From an uncultured Fibrobacteria bacterium (lineage in GTDB: Bacteria; Fibrobacterota; Fibrobacteria; UBA11236), in contig OY970309.1 of assembly GCA_963716395.1 (NCBI GenBank), positions 320,001 through 384,000 of the forward strand: 64,000 bases of DNA, given 5' to 3'. The notes beneath the pieces were generated by a model. That model saw only the letters and a program-made list of their open reading frames with translations. It was not told the origin of the DNA and searched no databases. Both the position numbers and the translations under genes were made by a program. Shown piece by piece: positions 42,241 to 56,343 of the stretch (positions within the stretch are counted from its first letter, which is position 1; the number at the start of each line of letters is the position of its first letter).

Positions 42241-43500
42241 TCAACCCGGCCAGGGCAACGCCACGGACAGTTCGCGCCGAAGGGTCGAGACCGCGGCATG
42301 CAGCCGCCGGTTTTCACCCGCAACAAAAGCGCGGCAGGCCGGGGCGGGGTCGGCCGCGGGCCGCTCTAAATCCGCGGCGGATAAACACGTGGCCACACGC
42401 AACAAACCGGCGGCGCGCAACCGCTGGGCGAGCGCGGCCTGGTTCCAGAAATGCGGGCCGACCCAAATGGCGGTTCCGGCCACCAGCGGCTCCCAAAGGT
42501 TGTGCCCGCCGCGCGGCGCGAAGCTCCCACCCACCACGGCGGTATGGCAATGCGGCAGCCGGGCGCCCACTTGCCCGAATACATCGACGAGCACGCGCGG
42601 CGAATCCGGGCGCGAACTCAACCGTTCGAATCCCAGCGGCGACAGGGCGGCGGCGAAACGCGGCATCTCTTGCAAGTACCGCGGAAAGAGGTAGACCGGG
42701 TCGGCACCGCCCAGCGCGGACAAAGCCGGCAGCAAGCCGGGCAATTCGGCCGCATGCAGGGAAAGGAACGCCAAGCCCCGGCGCTGCGGCCAAGGCGGAC
42801 TCTCGGAAACCGTCGCCAAATAATGAAGGGCTCGCAGGTCGCCGCCCGCCGAAACGCGTCGACCGCCGCGGCGATGCACCCGTGCGGCCTCGGACTCGGT
42901 TTGACTTTGAACCCAATCGACGCGGCCCAAAACCGATCGGATCAGTCCCGGACACAAACGACCGAACCGTTCGGCGCGGGGAGTCCAGCGCGCCGAAACC
43001 CAGAACACGGGCACCTGCAAGCGGGCCGCCGCGATTACGTAATGCGGCCACAATTCCATCTCGAAAAGCAGCAGGGCCCGCACGCGATAGCCTTTTAGGA
43101 ATCGCCGCACTAGGCGCGGATGATCCCAGGGCGCCAAAGCCGCAAAAAAACGCGCGCCCCCCGCATACGCCTGAATTTGCCGCGCGAGGAAGTCATATCC
43201 CGTTACGGTCGTGGCGGTGAGCACAAAATCAAGCGGCGCCTCGGCCAGCGCCTGCGCCAGGGCCCAGCTTCCCTTGCATTCGCCCAGCGACGCCGCATGC
43301 AGCCACACCACCGGATGCAAGGCTGGGATCGGAGGCGGGGCGGCCGCCCGTGCGCGCAGCCGCCACCGGGCGGGAATCAGGCGCGTGTGTTTTTCCCACC
43401 ATGCCAAGCACCAGGCCAGAGCCAAGGCCGGCTCCCAGACCAGGCGGTAAACCCACAGCAGCGGCGAAAACGATCGCTTCGGCGGCCGGATCAGCGCCAT
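42241..43500 (-). CDS. waaA: Kdo transferase (divergent)
   Basis: WLHAASLGE, TATTVTG, APWD, E.ELWP, VGGSF..GGHNLWEP. Confidence 0.82.
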   Translation of the reverse strand: MALIRPPKRSFSPLLWVYRLVWEPALALAWCLAWWEKHTRLIPARWRLRARAAAPPPIPALHPVVWLHAASLGECKGSWALAQALAEAPLDFVLTATTVTGYDFLARQIQAYAGGARFFAALAPWDHPRLVRRFLKGYRVRALLLFEMELWPHYVIAAARLQVPVFWVSARWTPRAERFGRLCPGLIRSVLGRVDWVQSQTESEAARVHRRGGRRVSAGGDLRALHYLATVSESPPWPQRRGLAFLSLHAAELPGLLPALSALGGADPVYLFPRYLQEMPRFAAALSPLGFERLSSRPDSPRVLVDVFGQVGARLPHCHTAVVGGSFAPRGGHNLWEPLVAGTAIWVGPHFWNQAALAQRLRAAGLLRVATCLSAADLERPAADPAPACRAFVAGENRRLHAAVSTLRRELSVALPWPG

Positions 43501-44075
43501 ACCGCCGCGCCCCAAATCAGCAGACAGGCAGAAACGGCATAGACGAGATTGCGCCCTTGCCAGGACAGCGCCCGGCGCCAGGCGACGCGACGACCCGCCG
43601 GCGAAGTGGGTAACCTGGCGGGTACGATGCGCATCGGCCAGGCGGGAACGGCGGCGGCAAAAGCCGCGTATTCCGCGCCGTGCAGGTCACGCAGCCTCCG
43701 ATCTTCCCACCCAGCCAGGGCAAGGTACTGAAGCGCCAGGGCGGAAGACGCGATCAGAAAAATTTCCGGACGCAGACAATTCGCGAAGAGCAGGACTCCG
43801 AAAACCACGCCGAGGTTGGAGGCGTACAGCGGATGACGTAGCCAGCGGTAGGGCCCGCTGCGCACCAGCGTCGGGGCCTGTATGCTTATGGCGTTCCCAT
43901 GCGGCCCCAAATGCGCGCCCGCCCAAACGCGCAACCCGAGGCCCAAGGCCACCAGCCACAAGGCCGAACCGCATAGCGGCGTCGCGGTATGCGCACGCCT
44001 CCAAACCAGCCATACCAAAAGGGCCGCCGGCCCGAACCCGCGACCCGCGAACCACAGCGAGAACAGCCGGGTCAT
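43491..44075 (-). CDS. ICMT/PEMT-family membrane methyltransferase-like protein
   Basis: LRVWAG, LVRSGPYRWLRHPLY, ED..L...HG.EY..F...VP. Confidence 0.8.
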   Translation of the reverse strand: MTRLFSLWFAGRGFGPAALLVWLVWRRAHTATPLCGSALWLVALGLGLRVWAGAHLGPHGNAISIQAPTLVRSGPYRWLRHPLYASNLGVVFGVLLFANCLRPEIFLIASSALALQYLALAGWEDRRLRDLHGAEYAAFAAAVPAWPMRIVPARLPTSPAGRRVAWRRALSWQGRNLVYAVSACLLIWGAAVWR

Positions 44076-45643
44076 AATTCCAGAATGCGCGGGGCGCAGC
44101 GCTCCGCAAACCAGGGGTGATGCGAAGCGATGATCCCGCCTTGGGGGCGATGGTCGGGAAAGCCCGTTATCTCAGGCTGCATGATGCGGGAGAAAATGGC
44201 TTCGCATTCCGCCTCCGGCAAACCCGTGCCGGGTTCGTCGAGCAGTAAAAAACCGTGTCCGCCGGACAGGACACGCAACAGTGCCAGCCTCTGCTTTTCC
44301 CCGCCGGACAATTCCGTCAGAAAATTTTGCTCCGCCTCGGCCGCCTCGACCTCACCTGGGCGCAATCGCGCTTCGATAAAGCGCAGGCCCAAAAAATCGC
44401 GCCACGCTTCCCAGACGCCCGTCCCGCGGCCGAAAAAGCGCCGCAACCAGGGCCAGAAGTCCGGTTCGAAATCCGCCGGTTGCGGTAAATATCCCATGCC
44501 TGCGTCACTCCACGCCTGCGGCCTCCGTATCATACCGGTTACGGGGAATTCCACGCCGGCCAGAAGACGCAGCAGGGTCGATTTACCCGCGCCGTTGGGG
44601 CCGCGCAAACAGGTCCATCCGCGCAGGGGGATTTCGCCCTGCCATTCCGAGAACAGGGCCGGGGCGCCCGGATAGGCAAAGGCCAGATTCCGAATTTCCA
44701 CCGCCGGGGAAGTCGAAGGCGCGGCCCGGCCCAAGGGAGGCGACGGCTCCGATTGAATTCCGAATTCGCCCAATTCCCTTTCGGCTTGCGCCCCCAGGCG
44801 CAGCCAAGTCCAATGCCGGCCGAATTCCCGCACCGGCTGGTACAGCAGCAACAGCAAGGTCAAAGCTCCGGCAGGTTGCGCCAAACCGCCGAAGCGCGGA
44901 CCCGTCCAAAACACCAAGGTCGCCAGCAGCGCGAAATAAAACCATTCCAGCAAAGCCGGCAGGGAGAGTTGCGCGCGCTGCCAGCGCCATTCGGCGCCGG
45001 AAAAGTTGTTTTGCGCCGTCTCCAATTCGGCCCAGGCCGACGGCACGCGCCGATTTCCGCGCGCCGAATCCAGCCCCGCCAAAAACATCCCGGTCACCTG
45101 ATGGAAGCGCGCCTGGCTGCGGCGCAAGGCGACGGCCAAGCCGTCGAGCCAATGCCGCCGCAAGCGGGCCCCAACCGCCAAAGGCAAAACCAAGAGGAGC
45201 GAAGCGCCGGCCAACAGTGGAGACAACAGCAAAAGCCCGATTAACAGGGACACTGCATGCAATCCCGCCGCCGTGCAGCGCAATACGGCCTCGCGGCCGC
45301 GCACCACCCTTTCCATCTCCAACTGCAGGGCCTTGCCCAGATTTCCACGACCCGGATCGCGATGCCAGGGCTGCGACCATTGATCCAAACCGGGTTTCAA
45401 TCCGGCGAATAAGGAGTGCATTTGCCGGCGGTGAAATCCGGCTTGCGCCGATGCGGCGAGGTATTGCACGGCGGTGCGCAGGCTGACGACCAGAAACAAT
45501 CCCCCCAGCGACGTCCAGGCCGTTCGGTTCTGAATAAGCATGCCCTTGAGTTGGAAAGCGAATGCGCCTTCCAAGGCACCTTGCAGCAATCCCAAAGAGC
45601 CGAATATCAAAGTCCAGGTCAGGAAGCGATTAAAAAACCTCAA
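44072..45643 (-). CDS. ABC exporter with fused TMD and NBD (divergent MsbA-like)
   Basis: TM helices, then [27 protein letters not shown]; in the same operon as waaA. Confidence 0.7.
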   Translation of the reverse strand: MRFFNRFLTWTLIFGSLGLLQGALEGAFAFQLKGMLIQNRTAWTSLGGLFLVVSLRTAVQYLAASAQAGFHRRQMHSLFAGLKPGLDQWSQPWHRDPGRGNLGKALQLEMERVVRGREAVLRCTAAGLHAVSLLIGLLLLSPLLAGASLLLVLPLAVGARLRRHWLDGLAVALRRSQARFHQVTGMFLAGLDSARGNRRVPSAWAELETAQNNFSGAEWRWQRAQLSLPALLEWFYFALLATLVFWTGPRFGGLAQPAGALTLLLLLYQPVREFGRHWTWLRLGAQAERELGEFGIQSEPSPPLGRAAPSTSPAVEIRNLAFAYPGAPALFSEWQGEIPLRGWTCLRGPNGAGKSTLLRLLAGVEFPVTGMIRRPQAWSDAGMGYLPQPADFEPDFWPWLRRFFGRGTGVWEAWRDFLGLRFIEARLRPGEVEAAEAEQNFLTELSGGEKQRLALLRVLSGGHGFLLLDEPGTGLPEAECEAIFSRIMQPEITGFPDHRPQGGIIASHHPWFAERCAPRILEL

Positions 45644-45702
45644 TCAACGCACCTCTCCGTTGCAAAACGAAACAACATTCTAAATTTTTTGATGAATACC
45701 CA

Positions 45703-45731
45703 TTGACTTGTCGTTTTTTGTTGATTAAATT
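45703..45731 (+). promoter_or_regulatory. Sigma70-type promoter of groES
   Basis: TTGACT-N17-TAAATT. Confidence 0.7.
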
Positions 45732-45742
45732 CGCATCGCGCT

Positions 45743-45769
45743 TTAGCAATCTTCCGCTTCGTCTGCCAG
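45743..45769 (+). promoter_or_regulatory. Degenerate CIRCE (HrcA operator)
   Basis: TTAGCAATC-N9-GTCTGCCAG versus consensus TTAGCACTC-N9-GAGTGCTAA, just downstream of the -10 box. Confidence 0.6.
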
Positions 45770-45828
45770 CCAATCGGCGGTTGCGAGCAGAAGAAAAGAA
45801 CAAACCAGATAGAGAAGGAGCAGCAACC

Positions 45829-47806
<1,978 letters not shown>

Positions 47807-47835
47807 TCGGATCCGATTCGGAACCGAAGTTCTGC

Positions 47836-47871
47836 ATCCCCCGGTCCGGCTTCGGGCCGGGGGATTTTTTT
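47836..47871 (+). terminator. Rho-independent terminator after groEL
   Basis: ATCCCCCGGTCCG-GCTT-CGGGCCGGGGGAT followed by a T run. Confidence 0.85.
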
Positions 47872-47962
47872 AGGGCTCCTCTTCCCATCGGCTTTCGCAG
47901 CGAGAATCCACCGCGGCGGAGACCCGAAGAGTCCGCGCCTGCAAAATGGGAGCGTCACAAGC

Positions 47963-49021
47963 ATGACGGAAAATCCTCTCAACCCGCGCCAAAAACAGGT
48001 ACTGACGGCCATTGTGGATCACTATATCGTCAAAGCCGAACCCGTGTCTTCCAGCCTACTCAGCAAAAGTCCGGTTTTACGCACCAGCAGCGCCACCATT
48101 CGCCATACCATGGCCCAGCTCGAAGAGCGCGGCCTAGTGGAGCAGCCGCATTCCTCCGCCGGCCGCCTGCCCACGGATTTGGGATACCGGGTTTATGTCG
48201 ACGAACTCATGCACCCCGAGACGCTGCATCCGGAAGATCAGCGCGTGCTCGACGAGGCGCTGGGACGGGAATCCGGCGAAGAAGCCCGCATGGCGTATGC
48301 CGCCAAAATCCTGGCCGAACTGACCCTGCTGATGGGCATGGTGGCGCCGCCGCCGGCCCAATCGCGCGGTTGGTTTCGCAACATTTCCCTGGTACCGCTG
48401 GAAGAAGGAAAAGTCGTTCTGGTCTTGACCAGTTCGGAATCCGAGGTGCGATCGCTGATGATGGATTCGGGAATGGAGACTTCGATTTTCCGCCTCGAAG
48501 CCGTGGCCAAACGCTTGAATCAGCAATTGCGCGGAAAACCGATTTCGGATTTGGATCGCCTCATGTCCTCGCCCGCGGAGCGCTCCGTATCCAAAGACGA
48601 GAGCCTTGCCTGGGAGCTCTTGAATCGTTCTATTTTAAAACTCACCGGTACCAAATCGGGCGATGAGGTTTTCCTGTTCGGAGCCAAAAATTTGTTGCAC
48701 CATCAAGAATTCGATAAATTCAGCGATGTCGGTTCGATTTTGGAACTCTTGGACTCGAAAATCGCTCTGGCGCATTTCTTGCGCCAAAAAGCCGATGATG
48801 AGGGCGTACACGTGACGGTGGGCGAAGAGCGCGAAGATGGGGTTCGGTTTCGAAGCCTGTCTTTGATCACCACTTCTTTCACCTTGCGCGGCGGCCGGGG
48901 GACCATCGGGGTGTTGGGGCCCAAACGCATCCCTTACGCCCGTTTGATTCCGCTGGTGGACTATGCCGCCCGCGCCCTGAGCCGAAACCGAGCACCCGAA
49001 CCAGAAAGCGATGCACGATGA
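47963..49021 (+). CDS. hrcA: Heat-inducible transcription repressor
   Basis: RQKQVLTAIVDHYI..EPVSS, SSATIR, QPHSSAGRLPT..GYR.YVD, GVLGPKR. Confidence 0.93.
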   Translation: MTENPLNPRQKQVLTAIVDHYIVKAEPVSSSLLSKSPVLRTSSATIRHTMAQLEERGLVEQPHSSAGRLPTDLGYRVYVDELMHPETLHPEDQRVLDEALGRESGEEARMAYAAKILAELTLLMGMVAPPPAQSRGWFRNISLVPLEEGKVVLVLTSSESEVRSLMMDSGMETSIFRLEAVAKRLNQQLRGKPISDLDRLMSSPAERSVSKDESLAWELLNRSILKLTGTKSGDEVFLFGAKNLLHHQEFDKFSDVGSILELLDSKIALAHFLRQKADDEGVHVTVGEEREDGVRFRSLSLITTSFTLRGGRGTIGVLGPKRIPYARLIPLVDYAARALSRNRAPEPESDAR

Positions 49022-49578
49022 CCCCTGAAGAAGTGGAAACCGGATCCGAGAGATCCTCTCAAACCCAAAGTTCCGCACACGGTTCCGAAACAGCCGGGGC
49101 GACCGCCTCGGAAACGGCGGCCTCCGAAGCCGAACACATCGCGGGAGAGTTGCAGGATTTGCGCGACAAACATTTGCGTCTGTTCGCCGAATTCGAGAAC
49201 TTTCGCAAACGGGCGGCCCGGGAAAACTTCGAAGTGATTGCCACGGCCAATGCGCGTCTCATCGGCCAGCTCACCGAAGTGCTCGACAACTTTCAACGCG
49301 CCTTTGATCCCAAGCATCGCGGGGCCGCGGAAGAATTCGAAAAGGGCGTTCGGCTCATTTACGCGCGCCTGCGGGAAATCCTAGAATCCGAGGGTTTGGA
49401 AGAACTCGATCCCACGGGACAGGAGTTCGACCCCGGCGTGCATGACGCCCTCATGCAGCAGGTCAGCGACACCGTCCCCGAAAATCACGTGATCCAGACC
49501 GTGCAAAAAGGCTATCGCCTCAAAGCCAAAATCCTGAAGCACGCCAAGGTCATCGTGTCAAAGGGCAAAGAAACATGA
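49018..49578 (+). CDS. grpE: Nucleotide exchange factor GrpE
   Basis: LRLFAEFENFRKR, FDPGVHDAL, QKGY. Confidence 0.94.
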   Translation: MTPEEVETGSERSSQTQSSAHGSETAGATASETAASEAEHIAGELQDLRDKHLRLFAEFENFRKRAARENFEVIATANARLIGQLTEVLDNFQRAFDPKHRGAAEEFEKGVRLIYARLREILESEGLEELDPTGQEFDPGVHDALMQQVSDTVPENHVIQTVQKGYRLKAKILKHAKVIVSKGKET

Positions 49579-49662
49579 ACCTCCGGCTTGGCCGCCCGGC
49601 ATCGCGGCCCGGAAGGAAACGAAAAATGCAGCCAGGAAAATTTCAACGGAAAGGATTTCATC

Positions 49663-51594
<1,932 letters not shown>

Positions 51595-51660
51595 ACCCGA
51601 CGCTTGCCTTCGCCCGCGAAAGCAAGCGGCGCAGGCACGGCGGCGCAAAGAGGATGAGAC

Positions 51661-52779
51661 ATGGCGGCCAAGCGCGATTACTACGAGGTGTTAGGCGTAA
51701 CCAAAGACGCCGATGAGGCGGCCGTTAAATCGGCCTATAAGAAGCTGGCGCTCAAATACCATCCCGACAAGAACCCGGGCGACAAGCAGGCCGAAGAAAA
51801 ATTCAAAGAGGCCTCTGAAGCCTACAGCGTGCTCTCCGACTCAGAAAAGAAGCCGCAATATGATCGCTTCGGACATGCCGGCCTGAACGGGGGCGGCGGA
51901 CCGGGGTTTCAGGGATTCAGCAACTTCGAAGACATCTTTTCCGCTTTCGGCGATATTTTCGGCGGCGATTTCTTCGGCCGAACCGGCGGACGCTCGCCGC
52001 GGTCGGGTCCGCCGCGCGGGCAGGATTTGCAAATCGCCCTCACCCTCAAGCTGCGGGAAATCGCCACCGGCGTGACCAAAAAGATCAAACTCAAGCGCTA
52101 CAACGCCTGCGGCGAATGCGGCGGCGCGGGCGGCACCGGCAAACACACCTGTACGGTGTGCGGTGGCATGGGCCAGGTGCGGCAGGTGCAAAGTTCTTTC
52201 TTCGGTCAGGTCGTGAACGTCACCACTTGCCCCGAATGCGGCGGTTCGGGGCAGCAGATCAAATCGCGCTGCCCGCAGTGCTCGGGCAGCGGGCGGACGG
52301 CGGAAGAAGTCACCATTGCGGTCGACATTCCCGCCGGCGTGGAAGAAGGCCAGTACCTGACCTTGCGCGGTGAAGGCCATCGCGGTCCCAACGGCGGGCC
52401 GGCGGGCGATTTGCTGGTGGCCCTGCATGAAGAGAAAGACGAATTCTTCGAGCGGCGCGGCAACGATTTGCATTGCGAGGTCGATGTTCCCTTCACCACC
52501 GTGGCCTTGGGGGGCGAGATTCGGGTGTCGACGCTCGACGGCGAAGTCGAGCTCAAGATTCCGGCGGGGACGCAAAGCGAAAAACTGCTGCGCGTGCGCG
52601 GCAAGGGCCTGCCCGCCCTCCACCGCGGCGGGCACGGGCATCTTTACGTCAAAATTCATGTGCATACGCCCGCCAGCCTCGACGCCCGCGAAACCGAACT
52701 CTTGCGCGAGCTGCAGAAAATCTGGGAGACCCAGCAGCCCAAGGGCTTCATCCACCGGGCCAAAGCCTTTTTCACCTAA
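51661..52779 (+). CDS. dnaJ: Chaperone DnaJ
   Basis: HPD motif, G/F region, four CxxCxGxG motifs. Confidence 0.97.
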   Translation: MAAKRDYYEVLGVTKDADEAAVKSAYKKLALKYHPDKNPGDKQAEEKFKEASEAYSVLSDSEKKPQYDRFGHAGLNGGGGPGFQGFSNFEDIFSAFGDIFGGDFFGRTGGRSPRSGPPRGQDLQIALTLKLREIATGVTKKIKLKRYNACGECGGAGGTGKHTCTVCGGMGQVRQVQSSFFGQVVNVTTCPECGGSGQQIKSRCPQCSGSGRTAEEVTIAVDIPAGVEEGQYLTLRGEGHRGPNGGPAGDLLVALHEEKDEFFERRGNDLHCEVDVPFTTVALGGEIRVSTLDGEVELKIPAGTQSEKLLRVRGKGLPALHRGGHGHLYVKIHVHTPASLDARETELLRELQKIWETQQPKGFIHRAKAFFT

Positions 52780-52802
52780 GCTCGCCCAAGTTCGTCTCAC
52801 CC

Positions 52803-54224
52803 ATGACTCCCGACGAACCGAACCTCGCGGAAAACCCAACCGCCAAGGTGTTCATTCTCGACGGCGACGCAGAATTGAAAAAAGAGGTGTTCGAGTCCTG
52901 GTCGCTGCCCGAAACCCATCTCATGGAAAGCAGCGGCGGACAAAACGCCATTCGCATTCTGAGCCAGGGCGGCATCGCGGTGCTGTTTCTTTCCACCGAT
53001 CTTCTAACCATCGACAATCTCGACATCCCCGCGCTGGCCAAAGAACGCAACCCCGGACTCGAAATTTTCATTCTGGCCGGCGTGCGCGACACGGCCAAGG
53101 CCGAAGCCGCGGTACAACAAGGGGCGCATTCCTTCCTCATCAAACCCGTCAACGTCAAACTGCTCGAATCGCTGGCGCATAAGGCATTATCGCGCTCGGT
53201 GAGCCGGCGCAGCGTGCGCGAGTTGCGCGAGCACATGCTCGAAGACCTGCTGGGCACGTCGCCGGTCATGAAAAAAATTCTGCGCACCGTGCTCAAGGTG
53301 GCCCCCACCAACAGCACCTTGGTCATCGCCGGCGAAAGCGGCACGGGCAAGGAATTCATGGCCAACATCATCCACAGCCTGTCGCAGCGGGCCGAGGAAA
53401 ACTTCGTAGCCGTAAACTGCGGCGCTATTCCCGAAACCCTGGTCGAGTCCGAATTGTTCGGATCGCGCAAGGGTTCGTACACCGGCTCGGTGGGTGACAA
53501 AAAGGGGCTCATTGAAGCCGCCGATCGCGGCACTTTGTTTCTCGACGAAGTGGGCGAACTTTCTTTGCAAACCCAAGTCAAGCTGCTGCGCTTTTTGCAG
53601 GAACGGGAAATACGCCGCGTGGGCGACACCGAGAACCGCTATGTCGACGTGCGGGTGATCGCCGCCACCAACCGCGACCTGCACAAGGCCATCACCCAGG
53701 GAACCTTTCGCGAAGACCTGTACTACCGCCTCAGCATTTTCCATCTGACACTGCCGCCGCTGCGCGAACGCCGCCACTCCATCCCCGGCCTCATCCGCAC
53801 CTTCGTCAAGAAATATGCGGGCCAGCAGAAAAAAGAAATCGCGGGCATGGCTAAAAACGCCGAAGCCGTGCTCATGAATTACGACTATCCGGGCAACATC
53901 CGCCAGCTCGAAAACATCATCGAGCATGCGGTGACCCTCTGCGAAAGCGATCACCTGCTGCTCGGCGATTTACCCGAATATCTGGTCGGACCCGAAAATG
54001 CTCCGCCCCTGTTGGCTTTACCAAAATCAGAGGAGAAACCCATGGACAATCCGGAATCGCTGGTTCCCTTGTCGGAGTTGGAAAAGAACTATATCCGCAA
54101 AGCGCTGGAAGTCTGCCAGCGCAACCACACCGAAGCCGCGCGCCGTCTGGGCATCTCGCGCTCGACGCTGTGGCGCAAGTTGAAAGAGCATGGCATGGCT
54201 GAATTGTCTACGCCCACGGTTTAG
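52803..54224 (+). CDS. Sigma54-dependent enhancer-binding protein (receiver-like domain, AAA+, Fis-type HTH)
   Basis: GESGTGKE, ESELFG, LFLDEV, FREDLYYRL, YPGNIRQL, AARRLGISRSTLWRKL. Confidence 0.92.
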   Translation: MTPDEPNLAENPTAKVFILDGDAELKKEVFESWSLPETHLMESSGGQNAIRILSQGGIAVLFLSTDLLTIDNLDIPALAKERNPGLEIFILAGVRDTAKAEAAVQQGAHSFLIKPVNVKLLESLAHKALSRSVSRRSVRELREHMLEDLLGTSPVMKKILRTVLKVAPTNSTLVIAGESGTGKEFMANIIHSLSQRAEENFVAVNCGAIPETLVESELFGSRKGSYTGSVGDKKGLIEAADRGTLFLDEVGELSLQTQVKLLRFLQEREIRRVGDTENRYVDVRVIAATNRDLHKAITQGTFREDLYYRLSIFHLTLPPLRERRHSIPGLIRTFVKKYAGQQKKEIAGMAKNAEAVLMNYDYPGNIRQLENIIEHAVTLCESDHLLLGDLPEYLVGPENAPPLLALPKSEEKPMDNPESLVPLSELEKNYIRKALEVCQRNHTEAARRLGISRSTLWRKLKEHGMAELSTPTV

Positions 54225-54252
54225 AAAGAACCTCTCGAATACATTTCGTAAG

Positions 54253-54286
54253 CGGGGAAAGCCTTTCGCTGAGCAGCTTTTCCCCG
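54253..54286 (+). terminator. Stem-loop after the activator gene (possible terminator)
   Basis: CGGGGAAAGC...GCTTTTCCCCG; no strong U tail. Confidence 0.4.
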
Positions 54287-54420
54287 TCAACTGAAAATCT
54301 TGGCGTTCGAAAACCGAACAACTGTCCACAATTTCCGCGGAAGTGAAACTTTTTAGCACGGATTTCTTATGCCTTTTTATCATCAATCCTCTTTTTATTA
54401 CCAAAACTGCCTTAAAGGCA

Positions 54421-54436
54421 TGGCACACCTTTCGCT
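54421..54436 (+). promoter_or_regulatory. Sigma54 -24/-12 promoter
   Basis: TGGCACACCTTTCGCT: GG-N10-GC with TGGCAC core. Confidence 0.7.
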
Positions 54437-54474
54437 TCATTTTTCAAGTAGAATCTCAAGCAAAGAGGTGAACC

Positions 54475-54663
54475 ATGGACGTCCATTACAACTATAAAGA
54501 CAAACGCGCGGTGAACCTCGAACACGTCAGGTCGCCAGGGTTTATTCCTTTATTCGGCGGCCGGCCCAAACGCGAGAAGGTGATTGGCCGCGAAGACGGC
54601 TTGGATTTGAAAATCCTTCTTCACACCTGCGTTTCGGTCGAAGATTTTCTGGCCAAAATCTGA
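54475..54663 (+). CDS. Small hypothetical protein, 62 aa
   Basis: GAGGTG SD; lies downstream of the sigma54-type promoter. Confidence 0.65.
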   Translation: MDVHYNYKDKRAVNLEHVRSPGFIPLFGGRPKREKVIGREDGLDLKILLHTCVSVEDFLAKI

Positions 54664-54721
54664 ACCCGAATGCGGGAGCCTTCGACAGGCCCCGTCCGCC
54701 GTAGGCGGACTGCGAGGTCAT

Positions 54722-56047
54722 TCATTCCGCCATTCCGATTTTTTTTAACCCTAAAATTTCCAGAATTTCCGCTTGTATCGACTGGCTTTCGCGCATCAAC
54801 TCGGGATCGCGCAAATCGCCGGGAGACAACCGATCGCGATAACCGCGCATCACGCAATCCTTCAACGACGCGTACACTTCTTCGCTGAACTTCACGCCGG
54901 CATGGGCCGCCCTCCATTCCGGCTCCGTCAATTCCACCCGCAGCCGCAGGCAGGCCGGACCGCCGCCATTGCGCATGCTTTGCCGCAGATTCACGTATTC
55001 CACGCGTGCCACTCCGGCCGCCGCAAGTTTTTCCAATACGGCGCGGGCGCGCACATGGCGGCGACATTCTTCGGCCGCCAGCCAGAGCCAAGCGCCATCG
55101 GGCAAAGTCACGATTTGGCTGTTGAACAAATAGGTGGACACAGCTTCGGCCAAAGTCAATTCCTTCCGGCCCACCGGATGCAGGCGCAATTCCCTGCCGC
55201 AGCGTTTGCGAAAGGCGCGCCGCAGTGCGCGCAAAACTCTGTGGGGTGAGGCAAATCCTTGTTCATGGTAGAGAAAAAAATCCTCGTGGCCCGTGCTGAT
55301 CACGTCGTTGTGAAAGACTCCGGCGTCGACGGCGGCCGGCGCCTGGGCCGCAAACACGGCGGAGATATCATTCAAGCCATGCAAGCGTGCCACGGCGGCC
55401 GAGGCCGCATAGTCTTGGCGCGGCACCTGCCTTCGGGGCATCCGGTCCGGGCCATCTGCGCCGTAAACAAAGAGATGTACCCCGCGGCCCAAAGCCGGCC
55501 CCGAAAAACGCGTGTGATTAGCCGCACCTTCATCGGCCCAACCCATGGCCGCAGGCAAGGGCGCATGATGCACGAATCCGGGTGAAGGAAACACGGCCCG
55601 CAAACAATGCGCGGTGAAATCGGCTTCGAGGCTGCGATGCGGCTGGCGGATCAAATTCGCGGGCGTGAAATGCGCCTTGCCGTCCGCGGCGTCGGCGGAA
55701 GGACACATCGTAGCCGCATTGGCGGTCCACATCGAAGAGGCGCTATAGGCTATGGCCAGCCAGCGCGGCGAGTCGCGCCCGGCCCTTTCGATGACGCGGG
55801 TATCCGCACCCGTAAATCCCAGACGGCGGAGAAAAGCGAGATGAGGCCGCGGCGCCGGCGGCAGCACCATTTGCGGCAGGCCCAGCGCATGCAGCCGCCA
55901 CATTTTATCCAGGCCTTGCAGCGCCGCGGCCCGGGGATTCGCCGTGCGCCCCCGCTGATTTTGGGAAGCAAAATTGCCGAGTCCCAAACCCGCATAGTTG
56001 TGAGTGGGCCCGGTCAAGCCGTCGAGATTGACTTCGAAACGCCGCAT
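54722..56047 (-). CDS. astB: N-succinylarginine dihydrolase
   Basis: EVNLDGL.GPTHNYAGL, SASSMWTANAAT, DEGAANH, GVFHNDVI, SMRNGGGPACLRL. Confidence 0.93.
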   Translation of the reverse strand: MRRFEVNLDGLTGPTHNYAGLGLGNFASQNQRGRTANPRAAALQGLDKMWRLHALGLPQMVLPPAPRPHLAFLRRLGFTGADTRVIERAGRDSPRWLAIAYSASSMWTANAATMCPSADAADGKAHFTPANLIRQPHRSLEADFTAHCLRAVFPSPGFVHHAPLPAAMGWADEGAANHTRFSGPALGRGVHLFVYGADGPDRMPRRQVPRQDYAASAAVARLHGLNDISAVFAAQAPAAVDAGVFHNDVISTGHEDFFLYHEQGFASPHRVLRALRRAFRKRCGRELRLHPVGRKELTLAEAVSTYLFNSQIVTLPDGAWLWLAAEECRRHVRARAVLEKLAAAGVARVEYVNLRQSMRNGGGPACLRLRVELTEPEWRAAHAGVKFSEEVYASLKDCVMRGYRDRLSPGDLRDPELMRESQSIQAEILEILGLKKIGMAE

Positions 56048-56343
56048 GCACTGATTGTAAACGATTCGCCGGCTACTTTGCGGGGAGAAAGCGCGGCAAC
56101 GCAACCTCGGCCGCCTTCGACGGGCTCAGGCCGCGTTCCTCTGCGGCAAAAAAGCCTTCATCCGCAAAGCATTGTGCTTCGAATAAGATTTTGGTTCGCG
56201 CGTACCCCTCACACCCGCTCCGATACCCATCGGCCAGAAGTTCGCCCCACGCAGGGTCTAAGCCCGGTTCCTGATCCTGTCAAGGGATGTCGAAAGCCAA
56301 CGCCTCCATAACGGAGGCGTATTGCGGCGGCAGGCAGTAACTA

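Noticed and set aside
56140-56265. GGCAAA...CGCAAAGC...GGGTCTAAG riboswitch-like words
   Set aside because: Wrong spacing, no P2 stem, and no plus-strand gene downstream
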